Shown: positions 27,743 through 36,912 of the stretch, one piece after another
How positions within the stretch are numbered: position 1 is the stretch's first letter
How the letters are laid out: every line of letters begins with the position of its first letter
Assembly (NCBI GenBank): GCA_965220655.1
Contig: CBDCQO010000012.1
Span: forward strand, 368,268 to 432,267
From: Dehalococcoidia bacterium
GTDB taxonomy: Bacteria > Chloroflexota > Dehalococcoidia > Lucifugimonadales > Australimonadaceae
Direction of reading: 5' to 3'
DNA: 64,000 nucleotides
Made by a program: the position numbers and the translations under genes
Notes under the pieces: generated by a model
The model's input: only the letters and a program-made list of their open reading frames with translations
Database searches by the model: none
Told to the model about the DNA's origin: nothing

Positions 27743-28086
27743 TGTTGCGCGTTCGGATCACCGAATACCTGGACATCGACCTGGAGCGGGAGCTCTGGTG
27801 CTGCAACCGGTGCGGCGGCGACCTGATCTCCGCCCGCGAGCCGTACAAGCGCGGCTGCCTGCTGCATGAGCGCGACCCGCGCGAGATACACCGGCCCATC
27901 AGCGATCACCCGGTGTTCAACTACTCGTTCGACCCGGACTGGGTCCGCATCGTCGAGTTCTACTGTCCGCACTGCGGGGTGATGGTGGAGAACGAGTACC
28001 TGCCGCCGGGACATCCGCTGACCAACGACATCCAGCCCGACATCGACGCGCTCAAACGCAAGCATGCCGGCGGAGGCGCGTCGTGA
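27742..28086 (+). CDS. Acetone/acetophenone carboxylase gamma-subunit family protein (small Zn-binding subunit)
   Basis: 114 aa. EYLDIDLERELWCCNRCGG..YKRGCLLHERDPREIH..IVEFYCPHCGVMVENEYLPPGHP matches my recollection of Acetone_carb_G. TGATG junction with DUF35. Confidence 0.75.
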   Translation: MLRVRITEYLDIDLERELWCCNRCGGDLISAREPYKRGCLLHERDPREIHRPISDHPVFNYSFDPDWVRIVEFYCPHCGVMVENEYLPPGHPLTNDIQPDIDALKRKHAGGGAS

Positions 28087-30212
28087 GCGCCCGGCTGGGA
28101 CTCGACATCGGAGGAACGTTCACGGACGCCGTCGGCGTTCTGAACGGCAACCTCGTCTGGGCGAAGGCGGAGACGACCCACCACGACCTGAAGGACTGTT
28201 TCATGGAGGCCGCCGCCCGCGCCGCCGAACGGCTGGGAGCCGACCTCGCCGACGTCGCCAGCGACGCCGAGGCGCTCATCTACTCGACGACCGTGGGAAC
28301 GAATACCCTGATCGAGCGGACGGGGCCGAAACTCGGCCTGCTGACGACGATGGGGTTCGAGGACACACTCAAGGTGGGGCGGTCGCGCAGCTGGGCGGAC
28401 GGGATGCCGCTGGAGGTGCGGTTCGCCAAGGGACGCGCCCGGAAACCGGAGCCGCTCATCCCGCGCGACGAGTTCACCGTAAGCCTGCGCGAACGCATCG
28501 ACAGCCGGGGGCAGGTGCTCATCCCGCTCGACGAGGACGAGGTGCGGGGACAGGTGCAGCGGCTCGTCGACCTCGGCGTGCGCGGGTTCGTCATCGTCCT
28601 GCTCAACTCGTTCATCAACCCGGAGCACGAGAACCGCGTCCGGGACCTGATCCACGAAGAGTACCCGGAGGTCTACCTGGGGCGGATGCCTGTCTTCCTG
28701 TCGCATGAGGTCTCGCCGCAGATGGGCGAGTACCGCCGCAGCCTGACGACCATCATCGACGCGTACCTGCGCGTGAATACCGAGGAGCACATCCTCGACA
28801 TCGGCAACGACCTGCTGGATATGGGCTATCACAGGCCGCTGTTCCTCGCGAAGTGCACCGGCGGCATCTCGTCGGTCTCGCGCACGCGCCCGGTCCACCT
28901 GCTCGGCAGCGGGCCCGTCGCCGGCGTGTTCGGCGCCCGCGCGCTCGCCGAGGCGTACGGCCTGCGCAACGTGCTGCTGACCGACATGGGCGGCACGAGT
29001 TTCGACGCGGGGCTGATCGTTGAGGCGCGGGACCGGCTGTACGAGTCCGACCCCGTGTTCGACCGGTGGCGGGTGCAAGTGCCGGTGATCGCGCACTGGT
29101 CGATCGGCGCAGGCGGCGGGAGCATCGCCTATATCGAAGACCAGAGATTGCACGTGGGGCCGCGCAGCGCGCGCTCGCGCCCCGGCCCGGCCTGCTACGG
29201 CAGGGGCGGCACGGAGCCCACCGTCACCGACGCCGACGTGGTGCTCGGCTACATAGACCCGGACTACTTCCTGGGCGGCCGGATCAAGCTCGACGCCGCG
29301 CTCGCCGCCGAGGCGGTGCGGATATGCGTCGCGGAGCCGCTCGGCATGACGGTCGATGAGGCAGCGTGGCATATCCGCCACCAGATAGACGGCATCATGG
29401 GGCAGGAGCTGTACATGCGCACGGCGCTCAACTCCGGCTCCGATCCGAGGGAGTTCACCGCGTTCGCCGTGGGCGGCGCGGGGCCGGTGCACGCGGCGGG
29501 CTACGCCGAGTTCGCCGATGTCCGGCGTATCGCGCTGCCGCCGTTCGCGGGCGCGTTCGGCGCGTTCGGCACGCTCTCCATGGACCTCGTGCAGACCTAC
29601 GAGAAGGGACGGAAAGTCGTCATCCGCATGCCGGGCAGCACCGAGTTCGAACCGGCTGCCGCCGACGTGCTCAACGGCGAGATCGAGGAGCTGCTGGTCA
29701 GCGCGCGCAGGGACATCGCGGAGGAGGGTCTCGACCCGGACGCGGTCTCGTTCATGCTGGAGTTGCAGATGAGCTACGGGATGCAGCGCCAGACGCTCGA
29801 CGTCCCGCACTCCGGCCTGCACGTCGACGGCGCGGCTGACCTCTCGGACCTTTTCGACCGCTTCCAGAGCGCATACGCCGACAGCTTCGGCGAAGGCTCG
29901 ACCTCGCCGGAGTCCGGCGCTGAGGTGCGGCTCGTGCGGCTCAACGTCATCGGCGCGTCGGAGAAGCTCTCGCTGCCGTCGTTCGAGGCTGCCTCATCCC
30001 CCGCGAGTCCCACCGGCTCGCGGCGCGTGCTCTGGGACCTGGAGCGGGGATGGGAGGAGACGCCGGTCTATCGCCTGGACGAACTCGGGCCGGGCGCCGC
30101 CATCGATGGGCCTGCGCTCATCGAGGCGGAGGACTCGGTGGGCGCCGCGCCGCGCGGGTGGAGTTTCCGGCTGGACGAACACCGCATGGGGTGGCTGGAG
30201 AAGCAGACGTGA
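28083..30212 (+). CDS. Hydantoinase A / oxoprolinase (HyuA) family subunit, copy 1
   Basis: 709 aa. LGLDIGGTFTD and LTDMGGTSFD ATPase motifs. GTGA overlap with the gamma gene. Confidence 0.85.
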   Translation: MSARLGLDIGGTFTDAVGVLNGNLVWAKAETTHHDLKDCFMEAAARAAERLGADLADVASDAEALIYSTTVGTNTLIERTGPKLGLLTTMGFEDTLKVGRSRSWADGMPLEVRFAKGRARKPEPLIPRDEFTVSLRERIDSRGQVLIPLDEDEVRGQVQRLVDLGVRGFVIVLLNSFINPEHENRVRDLIHEEYPEVYLGRMPVFLSHEVSPQMGEYRRSLTTIIDAYLRVNTEEHILDIGNDLLDMGYHRPLFLAKCTGGISSVSRTRPVHLLGSGPVAGVFGARALAEAYGLRNVLLTDMGGTSFDAGLIVEARDRLYESDPVFDRWRVQVPVIAHWSIGAGGGSIAYIEDQRLHVGPRSARSRPGPACYGRGGTEPTVTDADVVLGYIDPDYFLGGRIKLDAALAAEAVRICVAEPLGMTVDEAAWHIRHQIDGIMGQELYMRTALNSGSDPREFTAFAVGGAGPVHAAGYAEFADVRRIALPPFAGAFGAFGTLSMDLVQTYEKGRKVVIRMPGSTEFEPAAADVLNGEIEELLVSARRDIAEEGLDPDAVSFMLELQMSYGMQRQTLDVPHSGLHVDGAADLSDLFDRFQSAYADSFGEGSTSPESGAEVRLVRLNVIGASEKLSLPSFEAASSPASPTGSRRVLWDLERGWEETPVYRLDELGPGAAIDGPALIEAEDSVGAAPRGWSFRLDEHRMGWLEKQT

Positions 30213-32341
30213 CATCCCTCAAGGACCAGATCAAGCTGCACGAGGGGCTCGTGTACGACCGCCACGCCTACGGCAAGGGGCCGGGGTGGGACCCGGAGCT
30301 CATCGTGGAGAAGGCCGCTCCCCTGAGCCCGATCGAGCGGGAGGGCTACGACCTCCTGTCGGACGTGGAACTCGAAATCTTCTACCACAAGATGCTCACT
30401 ATCGTGGAGGAGGCGCGCGAGGTCTGGCAGAACCTCTCGATCTCCGACATCATCCTGGCGGGCGACATGTCCACCGCCGTCTTCACCCCCAGCGGCGATC
30501 TCGCCGTGGCGTCCACGGGCATCCACTTCCACGCGCTCCTCAACTACGCCCAGTCCAAGTTCATCCTGAAGTACTACAGGGACGACCCCACCGTGGGCCT
30601 GCGGGACGGCGACATCTTCTTCTTCAACAACCCGCTCGCGGGTTCCACACACGCGCCGGACATGTTCACGGCGATGCCGGTCTTCCACGAGGGCGAACTC
30701 GTGGCGTGGGCCGAGGTGGGAGGACACCAGGGCGACTGCGGCTCCGTCTCACCGGGCGGGTTCAACCCGTACGCCACGAGCCGGTTCGAAGAGGGCTTCC
30801 ACATGGCGGGAGTGAAGATCGGCGAGAACTTCCGCATACGGAAGGACATGCTGGACTACCTGTGCGGCTCCGTGCGCAACCCGTTCGTGTTCGCGGTCGA
30901 GTTGCGCTCGCGCGTCGCGACCTGCCTGCGGATGCGCGACCGCATCCTCCGCGAGGTCGAGCGCAGGGGCCCGGCCGCCGTGTCGGGCGGTCTGCGCCGG
31001 CTGATCGACCGTTCCAGTGAACTGGCGTCGGAGCGGCTGCGGCAGATCAACGACGGCGTCTACCGCTCCATCCTCTTCAACGACACCATCGGGGCCGAGA
31101 AGGGGCTGGTGCGGATACCGGTCACGGTCATCAAGGAAGGCGGCGAGATGACCATCCTCGTGCAGGGCGTCTCGCCGCCGAACGGCAAGGGGCCGGTGCA
31201 CGCGACGTGGCACCTCGTGCGCGCCTCGCAAGCGGTCTACCTGTTCGCGTACTTCTTCCGGGGGCTGATGCCGAACGTGGGGCTGTTCGAGCCGCTCACC
31301 TTCCTCATCGAGGGGCCGTCGGTGGCGAACTCGCCGGAGGACGTCGCCCACACGGAGGGCACGATCATCTCCGCGGCGGTGGTGCAGAGCTTCCACATCA
31401 TCGGCTCCAAGATGCTGTTCGACAGCCCGTTCCGGGAGAACGTTTCAGCACCCTTCTCGCGGAACATGGTGGCGCTCGTGTTCTACGGCTCCAACCTGTT
31501 CGGCTACCGCGCCACGGGCATCACGTCCACCGGCAACGGGGCGGGACAGGGCGCGCGTTTCGACGGCGACGGCGAGCACTCCACCGGCTTCTACTGGGCG
31601 TCGATGACCGACGCGGGCGAGGTGGAGGAGTTCGACGCGCGCTACCCGTTCACCATCATCGCCCGGGGTCTGCTCGGCACGGACTACCACGGCTTCGGCA
31701 TGTACCGCGGCGGCTCGGCGCTGATCGAGGTGAGCATGGCGTACCCGAACCCAGTCGTGATGACCTCCTGGGGGACGTCGGACGTCATCTCCCACAACCC
31801 CGGCCTGTTCGGGGGCTACTGGGGCCCGCCGAACCCGCGCCTGACCATCACGAAGAACGACGCGCTGAAACTCATGGCGGAGGGCGCACTTCCGGAACTC
31901 ACGCACCATTCGCTCGCGGCCGAGCGCCGGATCGGCGGCGACTACGCGTTCGAATCGTCCAGCGTCAACCCGAAGGAGTTCGAGATCGGCGACGTGTTCC
32001 TGTGCGATACCGGGTCGGGCGGCGGCTACGGGGACGTGCTGGAGCGCGACCCGGAAGCGGTGATGACGGACGTGCGGGAAGGCATGATCTCCGCGGACGT
32101 TGCGGGGCGCGTGTACAAGGTCGTCTACGACGAGGAGACGCTGCGGGTCGACCACGCAGCCACGGAAGCGTTGCGGAACGAGGAGCGGCAGGCGCGCATC
32201 GCACGCGGCAAGCGGTTCGACGACTTCATCGGGGGCTGGCTAGCGCAGAAACCGAAGGAGCACCTCCTCACCTACTACGGCGACTGGCCGGACCCGCGCG
32301 TCCCCGGCTACGACAAACCGTTCTGGGGAGAGCACGACTGA
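30209..32341 (+). CDS. Hydantoinase B / oxoprolinase (HyuB) family subunit
   Basis: About 710 aa from GTG 30209 (GTGA overlap with the HyuA stop). The track ORF starts 159 nt earlier, inside the HyuA gene. Confidence 0.8.
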   Translation: MTSLKDQIKLHEGLVYDRHAYGKGPGWDPELIVEKAAPLSPIEREGYDLLSDVELEIFYHKMLTIVEEAREVWQNLSISDIILAGDMSTAVFTPSGDLAVASTGIHFHALLNYAQSKFILKYYRDDPTVGLRDGDIFFFNNPLAGSTHAPDMFTAMPVFHEGELVAWAEVGGHQGDCGSVSPGGFNPYATSRFEEGFHMAGVKIGENFRIRKDMLDYLCGSVRNPFVFAVELRSRVATCLRMRDRILREVERRGPAAVSGGLRRLIDRSSELASERLRQINDGVYRSILFNDTIGAEKGLVRIPVTVIKEGGEMTILVQGVSPPNGKGPVHATWHLVRASQAVYLFAYFFRGLMPNVGLFEPLTFLIEGPSVANSPEDVAHTEGTIISAAVVQSFHIIGSKMLFDSPFRENVSAPFSRNMVALVFYGSNLFGYRATGITSTGNGAGQGARFDGDGEHSTGFYWASMTDAGEVEEFDARYPFTIIARGLLGTDYHGFGMYRGGSALIEVSMAYPNPVVMTSWGTSDVISHNPGLFGGYWGPPNPRLTITKNDALKLMAEGALPELTHHSLAAERRIGGDYAFESSSVNPKEFEIGDVFLCDTGSGGGYGDVLERDPEAVMTDVREGMISADVAGRVYKVVYDEETLRVDHAATEALRNEERQARIARGKRFDDFIGGWLAQKPKEHLLTYYGDWPDPRVPGYDKPFWGEHD

Positions 32342-34350
32342 TGTACACCATCGACCTCGACGTCGGTGGCACGTTCACCGACGGCTTCTTCTCGGACGGA
32401 CAGACCTACCGCACCGCGAAAGTGCCCACGACCGCGCACGACGTCCCCGCGTGCGTGCTGGAGTGCGTCGCGGCGGGCGCGGCGGCGTTCGGCACGGACA
32501 CCGCGGAACTGCTGCGCGAGGCGTCCGTGTTCCGGGTGGCGACGACGATCGGCACGAACATCATCGTGCAGGGGCGCGGCGCGAAGGCGGGGCTGCTCGT
32601 GAGCGCAGGCGCCGAGGAAGACCTCTACGGGGACGGTCCCGCCGGCGTCATCGGGCAGGGTTTCATCAAGCCGGAAATGATCACCGGCATCGGCGGGGCC
32701 ATGGACGAGACCGGCACCGAGACCGCGCCGGTGGACCCGGAGGAAGTGCTCGCCGCCGTCAGGGAACTGGTCCATCGGGGGGCGCGGATCATCGGCGTCT
32801 GCCTGCGCAACGCGTGGCGGAATGACGCCCACGAGGTCCGCGTGCGGGAGATCATCCACGAGCGGTACCCGGTGCACTACCTGCGCTCCGTCCCGCTGCA
32901 GCTGAGCACAGAGGTCTCACCCGTTTCCGACGACCACGCGCGGGCCAACTCGCTCATCGTCAACGAGATGCTCCACCGCGAGATGACGCGCAGCCTGTAC
33001 GACCTGGAGGACCGGCTGCGCGACGCGGGCTACCGCTGGCCGCTCCTCGTCACTCACGCGAGCGGAGGGTGCGCGCGCGTCGCGAAGACCGTCGCTGCGG
33101 AGACGTTGCAGTCCGGGCCCGCGGCGGCCGTGCTCGGGGCATGGCGCATCGCGCAGCTCACCGGCGCGGAGCACGTCGTCGCCGCGGACATGGGCGGCAC
33201 CAGCCTGGACGTGGCGTTCGCGTCCGCCGAGCAGCCGCCGTGGGACCCGCGTCCTACCGTGGAAGGGGTGCCGCTCGCCATCCCGATGCTGAGCGTCGAG
33301 TCCATCGGTGCGGGCGGGGGCAGCATCGCCCGCGTGGACGGAGACGGCACGCTCTCCGTGGGCCCTGACTCGGCGGGGGCATACCCCGGCCCCGCCTGTT
33401 ACGGCCAGGGCGGTGTCGAAGCGACCGTGACCGACGCGGACCTCATTCTTGGCTACATAGACCTCGGCCATCTCCTCGCGGGACGGATGCCGCTCGACCT
33501 CGCGGCGGCGCAAAGCGCGGTCACGGAGCGGGTCGCGACGCCATCCGGCGCATCGCTGGACGCCGCCGCGGCAACGGTGCGTGAGACGATCGACGGGGAG
33601 ATGGCGGAGGCCATACAGCACGGCATGCAGGAGCGCGGCCTCGACCCTGCGGGCGTCACCCTGCTGGCGTTCGGCGGCGCGGGGCCGCTGCACGCGGCTT
33701 CCATAGCGGAACGCGCGGGCATCCGGCGTGTGCTGGCGTTCCCGTTCGGCTCGGTGTTCAGCGCCTACGGGTCGAGCACGACGGACGTGATGCACCTCTA
33801 CCGCGACACGCATGGCACGCCTGCCGCAAGTCCCGGCCTCGCCGACGCCATCGAATCGGGGACGGAGCGCATGCGGAACGTCGCGGTCAAGGACATGCGC
33901 GGCGAGGGCTTCCGCTCCGATGAACTGGACTTCCAGACCGTGCTGGAGCTGTGGATGGGAGGCCGCCCCGCCCTGGTCTCCGCGACGAACGGCGACGGGC
34001 TGGCGGACGCGGTGCAGCGAGTGACGAACGGCGTCGAGGCCGTTCACGGCGTCGCACTCGAAGCCGCGTGGACGGTCGTGTCAGCAGGGGTGCCGCACTG
34101 GTCGCCGGAACGCGTGAACGGTTTCGGCGTGCACGAGGCCGCCGCATCGGGCTCGCGGGAGGTCACGTGGTCGGCGGAGCAAGGGCCGGTCGCTACTCCC
34201 ACGCACGAACTCACGAGTCTCTTTCCCGGAGCGGTCGTGGAAGGCCCCGCGGTGATAGACGCAGCGGATACCGGTTACGTCGTCCCTGCTGGCTGGCGGC
34301 TCGCCGTCGACGGCTACGGGTTCCTCGAGATGACGGACGCGCGGCCATGA
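32341..34350 (+). CDS. Hydantoinase A (HyuA) family subunit, copy 2 (alpha-prime-like)
   Basis: Start MYTIDLDVGGTFTD at ATG 32341 (TGATG junction). AADMGGTSLD second motif. 669 aa. The track ORF (31207..) is an out-of-gene upstream extension. Confidence 0.85.
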   Translation: MYTIDLDVGGTFTDGFFSDGQTYRTAKVPTTAHDVPACVLECVAAGAAAFGTDTAELLREASVFRVATTIGTNIIVQGRGAKAGLLVSAGAEEDLYGDGPAGVIGQGFIKPEMITGIGGAMDETGTETAPVDPEEVLAAVRELVHRGARIIGVCLRNAWRNDAHEVRVREIIHERYPVHYLRSVPLQLSTEVSPVSDDHARANSLIVNEMLHREMTRSLYDLEDRLRDAGYRWPLLVTHASGGCARVAKTVAAETLQSGPAAAVLGAWRIAQLTGAEHVVAADMGGTSLDVAFASAEQPPWDPRPTVEGVPLAIPMLSVESIGAGGGSIARVDGDGTLSVGPDSAGAYPGPACYGQGGVEATVTDADLILGYIDLGHLLAGRMPLDLAAAQSAVTERVATPSGASLDAAAATVRETIDGEMAEAIQHGMQERGLDPAGVTLLAFGGAGPLHAASIAERAGIRRVLAFPFGSVFSAYGSSTTDVMHLYRDTHGTPAASPGLADAIESGTERMRNVAVKDMRGEGFRSDELDFQTVLELWMGGRPALVSATNGDGLADAVQRVTNGVEAVHGVALEAAWTVVSAGVPHWSPERVNGFGVHEAAASGSREVTWSAEQGPVATPTHELTSLFPGAVVEGPAVIDAADTGYVVPAGWRLAVDGYGFLEMTDARP

Positions 34351-35546
34351 CCAGCAACACCGGACAGCGGCCACTGGAAGGCTTCACCATCGTCGAGATG
34401 GGCAACTTCATCGCGGGCCCGTATGCCGGGATGCTGCTGGCAGACCTCGGGGCGGAGGTCATCAAGGTGGAAGAGGTGACGTCCGGCGACCCGTTCCGCG
34501 CCTGGGGCAAGGGCCTGTACAGCCCAGCGTTCTGCGCGTTCAACCGGGGTAAGAAGAGCCTCACGCTCGACGTCCGCCAGGAGCGGGGCAGGGAAGTGTT
34601 GCTCCGCCTCGCCGACGAGGCCGACGCGCTCATCGAGAACTTCCGGCCCGGCGTCATGGCGCGGCTCGGCGCGAACTACGAGACCGTCTCCGCACGCAAT
34701 CCGCGCATCGTCTACTGCTCGCTGTCTGGGTTCGGACAGAGCGGGCCGTACCGCGACAGGCCGAGCTACGACACGGTTGGGCAGGCGATGGGCGGGCTGC
34801 TCGCGCTGCTCACCGACTCGGACGACCCGCGCCCCAGGGGCCCCGCGCTCGCGGACTCGCTCACCGGCCTCTTCGGCGCGTTCGGCGTCCTGTCGGCGCT
34901 GATGGCGCGCGAACGCACCGGCGTCGGCCAGAAGGTCGAGACGTCGCAGATGGAGTCCGTCGCTGCGTTCGTCGGCGAGACGCTGACGTTCTACGAGGCG
35001 CAGGGCATGGTGTCCAACGCGTGGACGAGGCCGAGACTCGCGCAGGTGTACGGGTTCGATACCGCCGACGGCAAGCAACTGGCCATCCACCTGTCGTCGC
35101 CGCCCAAGTTCTGGGAGGGGCTCACCGACGCCGTGGGGCGTCCCGACCTGCGGAACGACCCGCGTTTCGTCGACCGCAACGCGCGCGCCGAGCACTACAA
35201 CGAGCTGTACGAGGAGCTCGTGCCGCTCTTCAAGCAGCGCACGCGCGACGAGTGGCTCGCCCTCTTCGAGCAGCACGACGTGCCGGGCGCTCCGGCGTAC
35301 CGGGTCAACGAACTCCTCGAAGACCCGCAGTTCGCGCACCAGGGCATCCGCATCGAGCACTCCCACCCGGAGGGCGACTCCGTCACGGCGAAGAACCCGC
35401 TCAACCTGCTCGGCACGCCGCTCACGTACGACGTGCCGCCGCCCGGCCTCGGCGAGCACAACGAGGAGGTGCTCTCGCGTCTCGGTTTCACCGGGGACGA
35501 GGTTGCGGCGCTCAGGCGGGAAGGCGTCATCGGGGAACGCGGCTGA
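34347..35546 (+). CDS. Family III CoA-transferase (CaiB/BaiF/Frc type)
   Basis: Start MTSNTGQRPLEGFTIVEMGNFIAGPYAGMLLADLGAEVIKVE. ENFRPG motif. ATGA overlap with the previous stop. Confidence 0.85.
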   Translation: MTSNTGQRPLEGFTIVEMGNFIAGPYAGMLLADLGAEVIKVEEVTSGDPFRAWGKGLYSPAFCAFNRGKKSLTLDVRQERGREVLLRLADEADALIENFRPGVMARLGANYETVSARNPRIVYCSLSGFGQSGPYRDRPSYDTVGQAMGGLLALLTDSDDPRPRGPALADSLTGLFGAFGVLSALMARERTGVGQKVETSQMESVAAFVGETLTFYEAQGMVSNAWTRPRLAQVYGFDTADGKQLAIHLSSPPKFWEGLTDAVGRPDLRNDPRFVDRNARAEHYNELYEELVPLFKQRTRDEWLALFEQHDVPGAPAYRVNELLEDPQFAHQGIRIEHSHPEGDSVTAKNPLNLLGTPLTYDVPPPGLGEHNEEVLSRLGFTGDEVAALRREGVIGERG

Positions 35547-35556
35547 GCCCGGCGTC

Positions 35557-36906
35557 ATGGACGCGCTGACCGAGCATCTCAGCTCCTACGTTGCAGGGCT
35601 GGCCTACGACGACATTCCGGCGGACGCTGTGCACGGGATGAAGGTGCGGCTGGTCGACTCCATCGGGTGCGCCATCGGCGGGCAGGACGGAGAGCCGGTG
35701 GCAGTTGCTCGGGCGTTGGCGCGGGAAACCCAGGCCGCGACTCCGGCGCGGGTGTGGTTCACCGGCGAGCGCACTACGCCGGAACTCGCCGCGTTCGCCA
35801 ACGAACTGATGGTCCGCTACCTCGATTTCAACGACACGTACTTCGCAATGGACGGGGGGCACCCGAGCGACACGATCGCAGCAACGCTGACGTTGTCGGA
35901 TGCACTCGGGCTGAGCGGGCGCGACGCGCTCGTTGCGATGGTCGCGGGATACGAGGTGTTCTGCGGGCTGGGGGAAGTGCAGAAGCCTTCGACGAAGTTC
36001 ATCGACCATTCGCTGCACGTTGCGATCGGCTCGGCGGCGGGAGCGTCGAAGGCGCTTGGGCTGGATGTGCACCGCACAGCACACGCCATCTCCATCGCGC
36101 TCACGTCGAACCTGGGGCTCCGTATCTCCCGTGACGGGCGGCTGTCGATGTGGAAGGCGGGGTCGGCCGCCAACTCCGCACGGGCAGGGGTATTCTCGGC
36201 AAGGCTCGCCGAGCGGGGGATGACGGGCCCGGACGAGCCCTTCTACGCCGACAGCGGGCTCGCGGGGATGCTCGGCGCGCGGACGCCGCTGCCCGCGCTC
36301 GGCGGAGCGTCGAACCGGTTCCACACGAGCCTCAGCAGCATCAAGGCGTTCCCCGCGCAGTTCAACGCTCAGGCCGCGATATGGGCGGCGCTCGGGCTGC
36401 GCGAGCGGCTCGGAGGTGCGCTGCCGGACAGGATCGTGGTATCCAGCTACCGCCAGGCGGTCACGAGCTCCGCTGATCCTGACAAGTGGCGCGTGCACGA
36501 CCGTGAGACTGCCGATCACTCGATGCCCTACGTGGTCGCGGCGGCGCTTCTCGACGGCGAGGTCACCGTGCGGCAGTTCACGGACGAGCGCATCGCCGAC
36601 CCTGCCGTGCACGAGCTGATGGTACGCGTCGAAGTGGCTGAGGATCCGGAGATGACCGCCCTCTTTCCGCGCGCGCAGGCGGCGCGCATCGAGGCTGTCG
36701 CGGGCGGCGAGACGTACGTGGTCGAGATCGAGAACTCGAAGGGGAACGCCGCGAACCCACTCTCGGATGGGGAGGTCGAGGCCAAGTTCCGAGCGCTCGC
36801 AGAGGGCGTCATGCCGCGGGAGCAGGCCGATTCCCTACTATCGCGGTTGTGGAGGTTCGAAGAGGAGCCCTCGGCGGCGGGAGTCATCGACGCGATGGCC
36901 CTGTAG
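35557..36906 (+). CDS. MmgE/PrpD family protein (2-methylcitrate dehydratase superfamily)
   Basis: Start MDALTEHLSSYVAGLAYDDIPADAV (typical family N-terminus). 449 aa. Lies 10 nt after the CoA-transferase stop. Confidence 0.8.
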   Translation: MDALTEHLSSYVAGLAYDDIPADAVHGMKVRLVDSIGCAIGGQDGEPVAVARALARETQAATPARVWFTGERTTPELAAFANELMVRYLDFNDTYFAMDGGHPSDTIAATLTLSDALGLSGRDALVAMVAGYEVFCGLGEVQKPSTKFIDHSLHVAIGSAAGASKALGLDVHRTAHAISIALTSNLGLRISRDGRLSMWKAGSAANSARAGVFSARLAERGMTGPDEPFYADSGLAGMLGARTPLPALGGASNRFHTSLSSIKAFPAQFNAQAAIWAALGLRERLGGALPDRIVVSSYRQAVTSSADPDKWRVHDRETADHSMPYVVAAALLDGEVTVRQFTDERIADPAVHELMVRVEVAEDPEMTALFPRAQAARIEAVAGGETYVVEIENSKGNAANPLSDGEVEAKFRALAEGVMPREQADSLLSRLWRFEEEPSAAGVIDAMAL

Positions 36907-36912
36907 GGGCAT

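Noticed and set aside
27960-29822. 620-aa ORF on the minus strand, antisense to the HyuA gene
   Set aside because: It is Arg/Ala/Pro/His-rich low-complexity translation with no motifs, lying entirely inside a well-supported plus-strand gene. This is the typical open antisense frame of high-GC DNA. The same applies to 665..1630, 2782..3915, 9169..10344, 17288..19009, 48193..49869, 57180..58430, 58084..59514, 60220..62103, 62729..63847 and the many alternate-frame ORFs in the track.
31207-32340. Upstream 1.1-kb extension making a 1047-aa 'HyuA' ORF
   Set aside because: The extension overlaps the HyuB coding frame and translates to Arg/Gly/Ala-rich junk. The HyuA N-terminal ATPase motif (DVGGTFTD) sits 5 residues after ATG 32341, which also forms a TGATG junction with the HyuB stop.
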